Source: Patescibacteria group bacterium (GTDB lineage Bacteria; Patescibacteriota; Patescibacteriia; UBA2591; CALHIP01). Taken from it: a DNA stretch of 64,000 nt. The position numbers and the translations under genes are program-made. Position 1 is the first letter of the stretch. Each line of letters starts with the position of its first letter. Under the pieces are notes generated by a model. The model had not been told where the DNA came from, searched no databases, and saw only the letters and a program-made list of their open reading frames with translations. Below, piece after piece: positions 9,346 through 20,920 of this stretch. The stretch spans positions 63 through 64,062 of the forward strand of contig JAOACJ010000014.1 in assembly GCA_026417895.1 (NCBI GenBank), read 5' to 3'.

Positions 9346-10158
9346 ATGGTCTTTATTGTTAAAGCTAATGGCCAGAGACAAGAATTTTCACTAGAAAAAG
9401 TGAGAAGAAGTTGCCTCAGGGCCGGTGCTTCTCCAACTTTGGCTCAAGAGATTAGCCGGAAAATTTCTCATCAGGTCAGAAATGGTATGACGACATTGGA
9501 AATTAGACGATTAATTTTTCGTTATTTAAATAAAGAAGAACCAAAAACAGCCTCTCTTTATTCTCTAAAGGAAGCAATTTTTCGTTTAGGACCGCAAGGT
9601 TTTTATTTTGAAAAAATAGTCGCCGAAATTTTTCAGCGAGAAGGTTACCAAGTAGAAATAGATAAAATTTTTTCGGGAGCCTGTGTTGAACACGAGATTG
9701 ATATTACGGCAAAAAAAGAACAAGAAAAATTAATGATTGAGTGTAAATTTCATCATCAGCCAGGCCTTTATACAGAATTAAAAGATGTGCTTTATGTCTG
9801 GGCAAGGTTTTTAGATTTAAAAGAAGGGGGTTGCGATTTTACTCAACCAGTTTTAGTTTCCAACACAAAATTTTCTGAATCAGTAAAAAAATACGCCCTT
9901 TGTAAGAATTTTCCTTTAATTGGCTGGTCCTACCCAGAAGAAAAAAATCTTCAATATTTTATTGAGAAATATCAACTTTACCCAATTACTGTACTCAGAC
10001 GATTAGAAAAATATTATCAGGAAAAACTTCTGCGCTACGGCATTGTTTCTTGTCAAGATTTATTAAAAATTGAACCAAGAAAACTGCAAAGAGAAACTGG
10101 TCTTGATGTGAAAAAAATCAACATCCTCCGGTCAGAAGTTCTGTCACTAATCCGATAA
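9346..10158 (+). CDS. ATP-cone domain fused to Mrr-like restriction endonuclease domain
   Basis: IVKANGQRQEFSLEKV ATP cone; GFYFEK, HEIDI, IECKFH nuclease motifs. Confidence 0.8.
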   Translation: MVFIVKANGQRQEFSLEKVRRSCLRAGASPTLAQEISRKISHQVRNGMTTLEIRRLIFRYLNKEEPKTASLYSLKEAIFRLGPQGFYFEKIVAEIFQREGYQVEIDKIFSGACVEHEIDITAKKEQEKLMIECKFHHQPGLYTELKDVLYVWARFLDLKEGGCDFTQPVLVSNTKFSESVKKYALCKNFPLIGWSYPEEKNLQYFIEKYQLYPITVLRRLEKYYQEKLLRYGIVSCQDLLKIEPRKLQRETGLDVKKINILRSEVLSLIR

Positions 10159-10402
10159 TAAGATACGAATTGACGAATATATGCGAATGTTACTGATGGC
10201 GAAGGGGTAATATTAACTGGATGCATTGTCTTTTAAAGTAAAATAAAAATAGACAAAAAAGAGTTATAAACTTAATAAAAACTATACTCTTCTTGTCTAA
10301 TTTTTATTATGATAAGATAATCCTATAGACTTATTTTATTTGTATTTAATTTTAATTTATAAGGAATTTGGGTTATTACGAAAATCTACGAAAATACGAA
10401 AG

Positions 10403-11176
10403 ATGCGGCAAGTAATCAAGATTTTTATTATCTTTCTTCTACCCTTTCTTCTCTATTTTCTATTCTTTCTAAGACCATGTTTAGCTTTAGATTCAGATAA
10501 CGATCGGGTGAGTGATGAAGACGAGACAAAGGTTTATTATACTAATCCATTCAACCATGATACCGATGGCGACGGCTATGATGACTATACGGAAATAAAA
10601 AATGGTTATTCGCCACATCAATTAAAATTGAAAATGAGTCAAACAGACCTTGATCAGGATGGTTTAAGTGATAAACAAGAAAGACTATTAGGTACAGATT
10701 TAGGCAATGGTGATACTGATAACGATGGTTATCAAGACGGCGAAGAAATTTTTTCCGGCCACGATCCAAAAAATCCAAAAAGAGGAGCACGGATGAGTGG
10801 GAAAATTATTGAAATCAGTATTCAAGATCAGTTGCTGCGTTATAGAATCGGTAAAGTTATTTTAGGCGAATACAGGGTTTCAACTGGCTCCGTTCGATAT
10901 CCTACGCCTTTAGGTGAATTTTTAATCGATAAAAAAGAAAAAAGGGCTTATTCAAAAAAATGGCGACTTTGGATGCCCTATTTTTTATCAATGAAAAATG
11001 GTTTGTTTGGTATTCATGAATTACCAGAATGGTCAGACGGAAGAAAAGAAGGTGAAAATCATCTCGGGCAAAGAGTTTCTCATGGCTGTATTCGCTTAGG
11101 TGTTGGTCCAGCTAAAAAAATTTATGACTGGGCTGATGTCGGGACAAAAGTTATAATTAAAAAACATTGGCCATAA
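10403..11176 (+). CDS. L,D-transpeptidase with Ca-binding DxDxDG repeats
   Basis: Signal/TM; four DxDxDG-like repeats; VSTG, GIHELP, SHGCIRL. Confidence 0.88.
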   Translation: MRQVIKIFIIFLLPFLLYFLFFLRPCLALDSDNDRVSDEDETKVYYTNPFNHDTDGDGYDDYTEIKNGYSPHQLKLKMSQTDLDQDGLSDKQERLLGTDLGNGDTDNDGYQDGEEIFSGHDPKNPKRGARMSGKIIEISIQDQLLRYRIGKVILGEYRVSTGSVRYPTPLGEFLIDKKEKRAYSKKWRLWMPYFLSMKNGLFGIHELPEWSDGRKEGENHLGQRVSHGCIRLGVGPAKKIYDWADVGTKVIIKKHWP

Positions 11177-11215
11177 AGCCTTGCCAATTTTCCAATCATT
11201 TGATAATTTAAAGAA

Positions 11216-11419
11216 AGAGACTGTATTGAAGCAGGTCAACCAGTCATGTTGGTGAAAAATGTTGTTGAGGGTTAAAAAGAGTTCATGCTTGTGAAATGAA
11301 TTCTTGAGGAAGCGAATATCCTTTTCTGATTTCGTTAAGTTTTATTGCCTTGCTTGCGGTAATAGAATTTGTGATTATCTTAGGAATTCATATAATCGTC
11401 CCCAAGACCGCAACAGGTA
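11216..11419 (+). ncRNA. unidentified structured RNA (6S-like or cis-regulatory candidate)
   Basis: 13-bp helices 11296-11308/11379-11391 and 11337-11349/11358-11370 with G-U pairs on + strand; promoter-like TTGCCA..TGnTAATTT upstream. Confidence 0.45.
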
Positions 11420-11455
11420 AGAAGATGAATTTATTAAGTTTATTAATTTAAATTT

Positions 11456-12898
11456 ATGACAAAAGTAACAATTATTATCATTCTCATCTTTCTTATTCTT
11501 TTTGGCTTATTTTTTTTAAAACCAGTTTTAGCGCAAGAGATTTTTCCTGAGGAGCTAGAAGTGAAAACACCACTGGTTTTGCCAGACAGCAATATTTATT
11601 TTTTCAAAGATTTTTTTCGACAATTGAGATTAGTCTTTACTTTTTCACCCATAAAGAGAGCGGAATTAAGACTGAGAATGGCAAATGAAAAGTTAATAGA
11701 GGTTAAAAAATTGACTGAGAAAGAGACAAAACAGGAATTCATTGAAAGGGCCCTAACGAGTTATCAGCAGGAATTAGAAAAATTAAAAAATCAGATTGAG
11801 AAATTACCTGAAAGCGAAAAGGAGAAATTTTTAGAAAAATATGTTCGTCAGAGTTTAAAACAACAAATGGTTTTGGAAAACATTGCTTCGCAAGTTAAGG
11901 GTGAAGTTTATGAAAAAATTTTAGTCAACCGGGAGAAACACTTAGAGAGGTTTAAAGAAGTGATGGAAAAGATTCAAAACAAAGAGATGGTTCAAGAAAA
12001 AATTCGTCAGGCAGTTTTAGATGTCTTTTATGTTTCACCACCTCGAGCGATAAAAATTTTAGAGTCAATCGAAGAAATAAAAGAAAATTTGCCGGAAGAA
12101 TTGAAAGAAAAAATTGAAGAGATAAAAATAGAAATGATCAAAAAAGCCAAAGAGACATTTCAGGTTTTTCCAACCAAAACTCAAGTGCAAAAAATTGAAG
12201 AACAGCTCAGAACCTTTGCCAATCCTTTAATGGCGCAAAAAATTATTGAAGAAATAAAAGAAAAAGATGTGGTCGTACCACCAGAAGAGGTGAGAATTTT
12301 GCCCCAAGAGATTCTTCAAGAGAAGTTAACTCCTTTATCCGAAGAAAAACAGATTGAAGTTTTAGAAAAAATAGTTAATCAGAGAATTCAACATTTAGAA
12401 AAATTAGAGGAGATTAAAGAAAAGTTAGAAAAATTACCTGAATCAGCCCAAGCTTCAGGGGTGTTAAAAAAAGTTATTGAGAGGCAGATGGAAAAATTAG
12501 AAAAAAAGATAGAGAAAATTGAAGGTCTACCCGAGACTATTCGCGATCAATTAAAAGAAGAATTAAAGGCAAGTCCAAAAATCAGAAAAGAAATAATGAA
12601 AAGAGTGCCGGGGGTAATGGAAAAACTTGAATCAAAAATAGAATCTAAAGAAATCGAAATAAAACCACCCTTAGAGGCGTCTCGGCAAGCCAGGCTTTCT
12701 GGTTTTTGTGGTTGGGCAACTTATGCCTTATGTAAGACTAATGAAGATTGTTTAAGTGGCGGTTGTTCTCATCAAATCTGTCATGGAAAAAATGAGGAGA
12801 GGACGATTACTACTTGTGAGTGGCGAGATTGTTATAAAGCTGAGGCTTATGGCCTGAAATGTGGTTGTTTTCAAGGAAAATGTCAGTGGGGAAAATAA
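11456..12898 (+). CDS. secreted coiled-coil protein, DUF5667-like N-terminus, C-terminal eight-cysteine cluster
   Basis: Signal peptide; LPDSNIYFFKD..RLVFTF; C-terminal CGW..GGCS.QIC..TTCEWRDC..CGC..KCQW. Confidence 0.7.
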   Translation: MTKVTIIIILIFLILFGLFFLKPVLAQEIFPEELEVKTPLVLPDSNIYFFKDFFRQLRLVFTFSPIKRAELRLRMANEKLIEVKKLTEKETKQEFIERALTSYQQELEKLKNQIEKLPESEKEKFLEKYVRQSLKQQMVLENIASQVKGEVYEKILVNREKHLERFKEVMEKIQNKEMVQEKIRQAVLDVFYVSPPRAIKILESIEEIKENLPEELKEKIEEIKIEMIKKAKETFQVFPTKTQVQKIEEQLRTFANPLMAQKIIEEIKEKDVVVPPEEVRILPQEILQEKLTPLSEEKQIEVLEKIVNQRIQHLEKLEEIKEKLEKLPESAQASGVLKKVIERQMEKLEKKIEKIEGLPETIRDQLKEELKASPKIRKEIMKRVPGVMEKLESKIESKEIEIKPPLEASRQARLSGFCGWATYALCKTNEDCLSGGCSHQICHGKNEERTITTCEWRDCYKAEAYGLKCGCFQGKCQWGK

Positions 12899-12944
12899 TT
12901 TTAGAAATTAGAGCCTAGAGAATAGAAAAATAGTATTTTCTATT

Positions 12945-13436
12945 ATGTTTCAGCTATCTGAAAAAGAGATCCAAACGAAAATCATTTTGTCTAACGAAAA
13001 AATTTTGGCTCAGTTTGGCATAGCCAAAACCTATGTTCATTTTTGGATTGTTTTAGGAGTTTTGATTTTAATTATTTCGATGCTTATATCTTTATTTTTT
13101 ATTTCTGATTTTTGGCTGGCCATTCTTTTAGGTTTAGCCATCATTGGCTATGCCTTTTATTTGTCGTTGGCTTATTTTTATTTTTTAACCGATCAGAGGA
13201 TAATTTTTTATTACCGATTTTTCCATACTCATTTAGTTTCAATTAATTACAAAGATATTACAGATCTTAATGTCCGAGAAAGTTTTTTTGAAAAGATATT
13301 TTTTGATTCAGGTAATTTAGTCATCAACACAGCTGGCACACCACAGGAAGAAATCATTTTTTTGCATATTGCTCAACCCCACTTGATTAAAAGAAAGATA
13401 GAAGAAATAAAATTAAAAGATGAAAAATCTTTCTAA
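12945..13436 (+). CDS. membrane protein with bacterial PH (bPH_2) domain
   Basis: Two TMs, then YFLTDQRII...GNLVINTAG. Confidence 0.75.
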   Translation: MFQLSEKEIQTKIILSNEKILAQFGIAKTYVHFWIVLGVLILIISMLISLFFISDFWLAILLGLAIIGYAFYLSLAYFYFLTDQRIIFYYRFFHTHLVSINYKDITDLNVRESFFEKIFFDSGNLVINTAGTPQEEIIFLHIAQPHLIKRKIEEIKLKDEKSF

Positions 13437-14016
13437 AATTGGGGTCTTAGGTGGGGCCTTCAATCCACCTCATTGTGGTCATTTATTAATTGCCAAAAAG
13501 GCAATCAAAGAATTAGGGTTGAAAAAAATCATTTTGATGGTAACTGGCAAGCCCGCCCTCAAAAAGAATGATTTGGCACCAATCAAAGAAAGAATGGCTA
13601 TGGCCAAAATTTTAACTTCTTATAATCATCGCTTAGAAATTTCAGATCTGGAGGTGAAAAAAGCAAAAAAGGGAAAAACCTCTTATACTACCGAGACGAT
13701 TCGAGACTTACAGAAAAAATATCCATTAACGGAAATTTATTGGCTGATTGGCGAAGATTCTTTACAAGAAATACTCCAGGGAAAATGGCGGGGGGGTTTG
13801 TCAATATTTAATCAGGCAAAGTTTATTGTTTTTCAGAGACCTGGCATTAAAGTTAAAATTCCCAAAAATATTTTCAAAAAAATAAAAAATATTAAATTAA
13901 AGGTTTCTATTTCTTCCACTGAAATCAGAGAAAAAATTAAAAATGGTAAAGATGTTTCTAAAATGGTACCAAAAAAAATTTTAGGATACATTAAAAAGAA
14001 AAAACTTTATTTATGA
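13420..14016 (+). CDS. nadD: nicotinate-nucleotide adenylyltransferase
   Basis: GGAFNPPHCGH, SYTTET, LIGED, ISSTEIR. Confidence 0.9.
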   Translation: MKNLSKIGVLGGAFNPPHCGHLLIAKKAIKELGLKKIILMVTGKPALKKNDLAPIKERMAMAKILTSYNHRLEISDLEVKKAKKGKTSYTTETIRDLQKKYPLTEIYWLIGEDSLQEILQGKWRGGLSIFNQAKFIVFQRPGIKVKIPKNIFKKIKNIKLKVSISSTEIREKIKNGKDVSKMVPKKILGYIKKKKLYL

Positions 14017-14828
14017 AAATTCCAAAACATTTAAAAATTGATAAGCAAAGAGCACGGAAGATGATTAAAGATAAAGTCAAAGAAATAAGGAATTATTTTA
14101 AAAAATCTGGTTTTAAAAAGGGGGTGATCGGTCTTTCTGGTGGTCTTGATTCGGCCCTTGCTTGTTATTTAGCTGTCCGGGCATTAGAGGCAAAAAATGT
14201 TTATGTGGTGATGATGCCTTATTATGGAATCAGCGATAAAAATTCAATCATTGATGCCTTAAAGTTGATTGAGAATTTAAAGATCCCAAAAAAGAATATT
14301 TTACTCTTGCCAGTCAATAAACCAGTCGAAGCATCTTGGCAGATTCTTAAAAAATATAAAGGGAAAGAAAAAATCAGAAAAGGTAATTTAATGGCCCGTG
14401 AAAGAATGAAAATTTTATTTGACTTGTCACAAGTTTTCAATGCTATGGTCGTTGGTACCGAAGATAGAACTGAAGAAGAACTAGGTTATTATACTTTATG
14501 GGGGGACGAGGCTTCGGGCATTGAACCAATTAGGAATTTGTGGAAAACACAAGTTTCTCAATTAGCCAGTCATTGCAAAGAGATTCCTAAAGAAATTTTA
14601 AACAAAGAACCTTCGCCAGGACTTTGGAAAAATCATTCGGCTAAAAACGAACTAGGCTTTTCTCACCTCGAAGCTGATATTGTTTTATCAGCCTTCAAAG
14701 ACTTAAAAATGAAGCCGATAGAGATTAATAGAAAATTTGAAATTTCAAAGAAAAAAATTGATTTAATTTTGAAACGCACAGAGGTGGGTCAAATAAAAAA
14801 AACAATACCATATATTTTAAAAAAATAA
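14013..14828 (+). CDS. nadE: NH3-dependent NAD+ synthetase
   Basis: GLSGGLDSA, GNLMARERM, GYYTLWGD, PSPGLW. Confidence 0.92.
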   Translation: MKIPKHLKIDKQRARKMIKDKVKEIRNYFKKSGFKKGVIGLSGGLDSALACYLAVRALEAKNVYVVMMPYYGISDKNSIIDALKLIENLKIPKKNILLLPVNKPVEASWQILKKYKGKEKIRKGNLMARERMKILFDLSQVFNAMVVGTEDRTEEELGYYTLWGDEASGIEPIRNLWKTQVSQLASHCKEIPKEILNKEPSPGLWKNHSAKNELGFSHLEADIVLSAFKDLKMKPIEINRKFEISKKKIDLILKRTEVGQIKKTIPYILKK

Positions 14829-14886
14829 TCTCCAATACCAATTCTACGGATGACATTTAAATAGTACGAATCGAAATTTGAAAAAG

Positions 14887-15192
14887 ATGAATGAAAATAA
14901 AGAAGAACAAAGAGAGAAAATGATAAGACAAATTCGAGATCAAGAAGTGGAGAAAATTTTAGCTATGACAAAAGAAGAGAGAAAGGGTTTAATTGATGCT
15001 TGTTTAGAATATCAAAAAAAAGAAGCAGTAGGAGCTAGTTTAGGAAGAATAGAAGTCTTAGCAGTTGATTCTAGCCATCCAAGTTTATACAGAGTCAAAG
15101 GTGGATTTGGAGAACATGGTTTAGGGGGATTAGAAGTTCAACAAGCAATTATTCGGAAAGAAGGGTGGAGGGGATACGAGGAAGAGGGTTGA
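14887..15192 (+). CDS. hypothetical protein (possibly truncated)
   Basis: ~100-aa ORF; purine-rich coding-like sequence continues past its stop. Confidence 0.45.
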   Translation: MNENKEEQREKMIRQIRDQEVEKILAMTKEERKGLIDACLEYQKKEAVGASLGRIEVLAVDSSHPSLYRVKGGFGEHGLGGLEVQQAIIRKEGWRGYEEEG

Positions 15193-15415
15193 AGAATTTT
15201 ACACGGCATAGTTAATAAGATTGAAGGATTTCAATCGAAAATTATTAGAATGAATATTCGGCCAACAGTTTTAAAAGACGAAAGAGAAAAAAAGATTGTA
15301 TAGAAAGGATAAAAAAAGTTTGGTTATGCCTTAAAGAAAAAGAACTAGACTGGATTTTAATTGACTCTGATGGGAATCCTTTTGAAGAATATCTCAGAGA
15401 AAAATAGAATTTTAA

Positions 15416-17491
<2,076 letters not shown>

Positions 17492-17851
17492 TTAATGTTT
17501 CCTAAAGACCTCAGACAGAATTCGCTTTATACCTCTCCCCCCTTTCTCTCTCTTTCCTTCTAACTCTTTTACCTTTCTCCAAAATTCGCTTAAACCTCTC
17601 ATCTCTTTGGGCGGAATAATTTTGACACTCCACTTGCCTCTTTCCAAGCTTCGATGATAAGAAGAATCTGTTTCTCCTTCACTTCTTATCAACGGAATTT
17701 CTTCTATCTGAATATTAAATTCTTTTCCTACTTCTCTCAGAATATCTAACATATATCTTCGAGTCTTATCATATGTAATTTTAACCTCTTTTGGCTTAAG
17801 ATTTTCATCACGAAGTGCTTCATATGGGAAGAATCGTTCTCCTCTGTTCAT
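17492..17851 (-). CDS. hypothetical protein
   Basis: 119-aa ORF tail-to-tail with ligA, zero gap. Confidence 0.55.
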   Translation of the reverse strand: MNRGERFFPYEALRDENLKPKEVKITYDKTRRYMLDILREVGKEFNIQIEEIPLIRSEGETDSSYHRSLERGKWSVKIIPPKEMRGLSEFWRKVKELEGKREKGGRGIKRILSEVFRKH

Positions 17852-18073
17852 AATATTTTGTATTAAAGATAAATTTATAATTGAAATTTTCGACCTTTAT
17901 CACTTTCATTTTACTACTACTTCTTCTTGTCAAGATAGGGGGCGTGAATAAATTTTTCTTGGAATTCAAAATAGATTTTTGTAGGCCGAAGGTACCCAAT
18001 CATTGGTACCTTTAGTTCATAAATAAGAAAAATTCCCTTGTTTTTTTATTTTAAAATTCTATAATTAAATCGT

Positions 18074-18349
18074 ATGGCCATTTCAAACAAACAAGTTGAA
18101 CACATTGCTTATTTGGCGAGACTAAAATTGAATGAAAAAGAGAAAAAGAAATTTTCCAAAGAACTTTCACAGATTTTGGATTTTATCGAAAAATTAAAAG
18201 AAGCTGAAACTTCACAGATTGAGCCATTTTCTTCTGATTTAAAAAATGTTTTCAGAAAAGACGAAATAAAGGGGCAAAAATCTGAAGACCTACTTGAACA
18301 AGTGCCAGAAAAAGAGGGAAATTTTATTAAAACCAAACCTATATTTTAA
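18074..18349 (+). CDS. gatC: Asp/Glu-tRNA amidotransferase subunit C
   Basis: VEHIAYLARL, ILDFIEKL, NVFRKD; upstream of gatA. Confidence 0.92.
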   Translation: MAISNKQVEHIAYLARLKLNEKEKKKFSKELSQILDFIEKLKEAETSQIEPFSSDLKNVFRKDEIKGQKSEDLLEQVPEKEGNFIKTKPIF

Positions 18350-18387
18350 TTTTAGAATCTAGAATCTATAGTCTATGATTTAGCAAT

Positions 18388-19809
18388 ATGTCCTTTAACC
18401 AACTGACAATTAAAGAGGCAATTAATGGATTAAAAAAGAAAAAATTTTCTTGTCAAGAATTGGCTAAAGATTGTTTGAAAGAAATTGAAAAAAGAGATAA
18501 AGAGATTAACGCTTTTATTAGCTTAAATGAAAAAATTATTGAGGAAGCAAGAGAAATTGATAAAAAAATGATGCGAGGCGAGAAATTAGGTGAGTTGGCT
18601 GGTATACCTTTAGCTATTAAAGATAATATTTTGGTGAAGGGTTTAAGATGTACAGCTGGTTCAAAAATGTTAGAGAATTATTTTGCCTCTTATAATGCGA
18701 CAGTGATTGAAAAATTAAAAAAAGAAGATGCTCTAATTATTGGTAAGACAAACCTTGATGAATTTGCCATGGGTTCATCAGGCGAATATTCGGCTTTTGG
18801 TTTTACAAGAAATCCTTATGATTTAAAGCGAGTAGCTGGTGGTTCTTCTTCTGGCTCAGCGGCTGCTGTGGCAGCAAATTTCTGTTTAGGCGCTTTAGGC
18901 TCTGATACAGGCGGTTCAATTCGTCAACCAGCAGCTTTTTGTGGTCTGGTTGGCTTGAAGCCAACTTATGGAAGTGTTTCACGATACGGATTGATTGCTA
19001 CGGCTTCTTCTTTAGACCAAATTGGACCAATAACTAAAACAGTTGAAGATTGCCAGCTTATTTTTGAGATTATTAGAGGGAGGGATGAATTTGATTCAAC
19101 CAGTATGGAGATAAATTCTAAAGTTCAGCGTCAAAAATTGACAGTGGGTTTACCCCGAGAATATTTTGCGGAAGGACCGGAGAGGGAAATAAAAGACAAA
19201 ATTAAAGAGATAGTTAAGAAATTAGAAGATCAAAGAATTGAGATAAAAGAAGTTTCCTTGCCTCATACAGACTATGCCCTATCTTGCTATTATGTTATTA
19301 TGCCTTCAGAAGTGAGTGCTAATTTGGCGAGATACGATGGCATAAGATATGGACGATTAAATTTCCAATCTCAAATGTCAAGCCTCAAATCTGTATTTGA
19401 TTTATATTTAAAAAATAGAAGTGAGGGGTTTGGTGATGAAGTGAAAAGGAGAATTATGTTAGGAACATATTCTCTTTCAGCCGGCTATTTTGAAGCTTAC
19501 TATTTAAAAGCTATGAAGGTGAGAAATCTAATTAAAGATGATTTTGAAAAAGTGTTTAAACAAGTTGATTTGATCATTACTCCAACCACACCAACCACTG
19601 CCTTTAAAATTGGCGAAAAACAAAAACCTTTAGAAATGTATCTTTCTGATATTTTTACTGTTCCGACTAATTTGGCTGGCTTACCTGCCCTTTCTTTGCC
19701 CATTGGCTTCTCGTCAGAAAAATTACCATTAGCAATGCAAATTATCGGACCATCTTTTTCAGAATCTGAAATTTTCAGATTGGCTAAACTGGTTGAAGGG
19801 TTAAAGTAG
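18388..19809 (+). CDS. gatA: Asp/Glu-tRNA amidotransferase subunit A
   Basis: KDNI, GGSSSGSAAAV, GSDTGGSIRQPA, NLARYDG, EVKRRIMLGT. Confidence 0.97.
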   Translation: MSFNQLTIKEAINGLKKKKFSCQELAKDCLKEIEKRDKEINAFISLNEKIIEEAREIDKKMMRGEKLGELAGIPLAIKDNILVKGLRCTAGSKMLENYFASYNATVIEKLKKEDALIIGKTNLDEFAMGSSGEYSAFGFTRNPYDLKRVAGGSSSGSAAAVAANFCLGALGSDTGGSIRQPAAFCGLVGLKPTYGSVSRYGLIATASSLDQIGPITKTVEDCQLIFEIIRGRDEFDSTSMEINSKVQRQKLTVGLPREYFAEGPEREIKDKIKEIVKKLEDQRIEIKEVSLPHTDYALSCYYVIMPSEVSANLARYDGIRYGRLNFQSQMSSLKSVFDLYLKNRSEGFGDEVKRRIMLGTYSLSAGYFEAYYLKAMKVRNLIKDDFEKVFKQVDLIITPTTPTTAFKIGEKQKPLEMYLSDIFTVPTNLAGLPALSLPIGFSSEKLPLAMQIIGPSFSESEIFRLAKLVEGLK

Positions 19810-19870
19810 CCTTTGACCATTTTTTTTAATTTGATATTATTTTAATAATTAAAATATTTAATTTTTTATT

Positions 19871-20908
19871 ATGTTTGACAAAATTTTTAGTCATTTTAGC
19901 AAGGATGTCGGCCTTGATTTAGGAACAACCAATACCAGGATTTATCTTAAGGGGAGGGGTTTAGTTATCAACCAACCATCGCTTGTAGCGATTAATACAA
20001 GAGTTGATCAATTGATTGCTATTGGTTTCGGAGCAAAAAAAATGTTGGGTAAGGCGCCAACCTATGTTTCTTTAGTTAAACCGATTGAAAACGGGGTGGT
20101 TACGGATTTTGAAGTGACGGAAAAAATGCTGCGCCACGCTTTTAATAAAATTTATACAGGTTTTTTTTCTCTTACTAGACCACGAGCCATTGTTGCCGTG
20201 CCTCTTGATATTACTGAGGTAGAAAAAAAGTCCTTTGAAGACGTTATTATCCAAGCTGGGGCGAGAGAAGTTTTTTTGGTTGAAAGACCGGTTGCTGCTG
20301 CCATTGGCATGAGACTACCAGTTAACGAATCGGTTGGTAATTTAGTGGCGGAAATTGGTGGTGGTCTAACGGAAGTGGCGGTCATTGCTTTAAATGGCAT
20401 TGTTGCCTGGAAATCTTTAAAAATTGGTGGTGAAACTTGGAGTAGAAATATCTGGCAATATGTCAAAGAGAAGTTTAATCTTTTACTTGGTGAACAAACA
20501 ATTGAAGAAATCAAAATTAAAATTGGTTCAGCTTTTCCTCAAAAAGAAAAAAGAGAAATGAAAGTAAAGGGTAGAGATTTGATTACTGGTTTACCAAAAG
20601 AAATTTCTTTGACTGATGAAGAAATCAGGGAGGCAATTTCACCGTCAGTCAACTTAATTGTCGAAGCTATTTCTGACACGATTGAAAAAACGCCACCTGA
20701 ATTAGTAGCGGACATTCTTAATCGGGGCATCCTTCTTTCTGGTGGTGGAGCAATGCTTAAAGGTTTAGATCAATTGGTTAATAAAAAAGTTAAAATTCCG
20801 ACCCATCTTACCGACGATCCATTAACTTCGGTGGTAAGAGGATTAGGTTTCATTTTAGAAGATTTTGAAAACTTAAAAACAGTTTTACTTCCTTCGTCAA
20901 GAGAATGA
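19871..20908 (+). CDS. mreB: rod shape-determining actin homolog
   Basis: DLGTTNT, AAAIG, EIGGGLTE, TPPEL, GGGAML. Confidence 0.96.
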   Translation: MFDKIFSHFSKDVGLDLGTTNTRIYLKGRGLVINQPSLVAINTRVDQLIAIGFGAKKMLGKAPTYVSLVKPIENGVVTDFEVTEKMLRHAFNKIYTGFFSLTRPRAIVAVPLDITEVEKKSFEDVIIQAGAREVFLVERPVAAAIGMRLPVNESVGNLVAEIGGGLTEVAVIALNGIVAWKSLKIGGETWSRNIWQYVKEKFNLLLGEQTIEEIKIKIGSAFPQKEKREMKVKGRDLITGLPKEISLTDEEIREAISPSVNLIVEAISDTIEKTPPELVADILNRGILLSGGGAMLKGLDQLVNKKVKIPTHLTDDPLTSVVRGLGFILEDFENLKTVLLPSSRE

Positions 20909-20920
20909 AATTATTAGATT

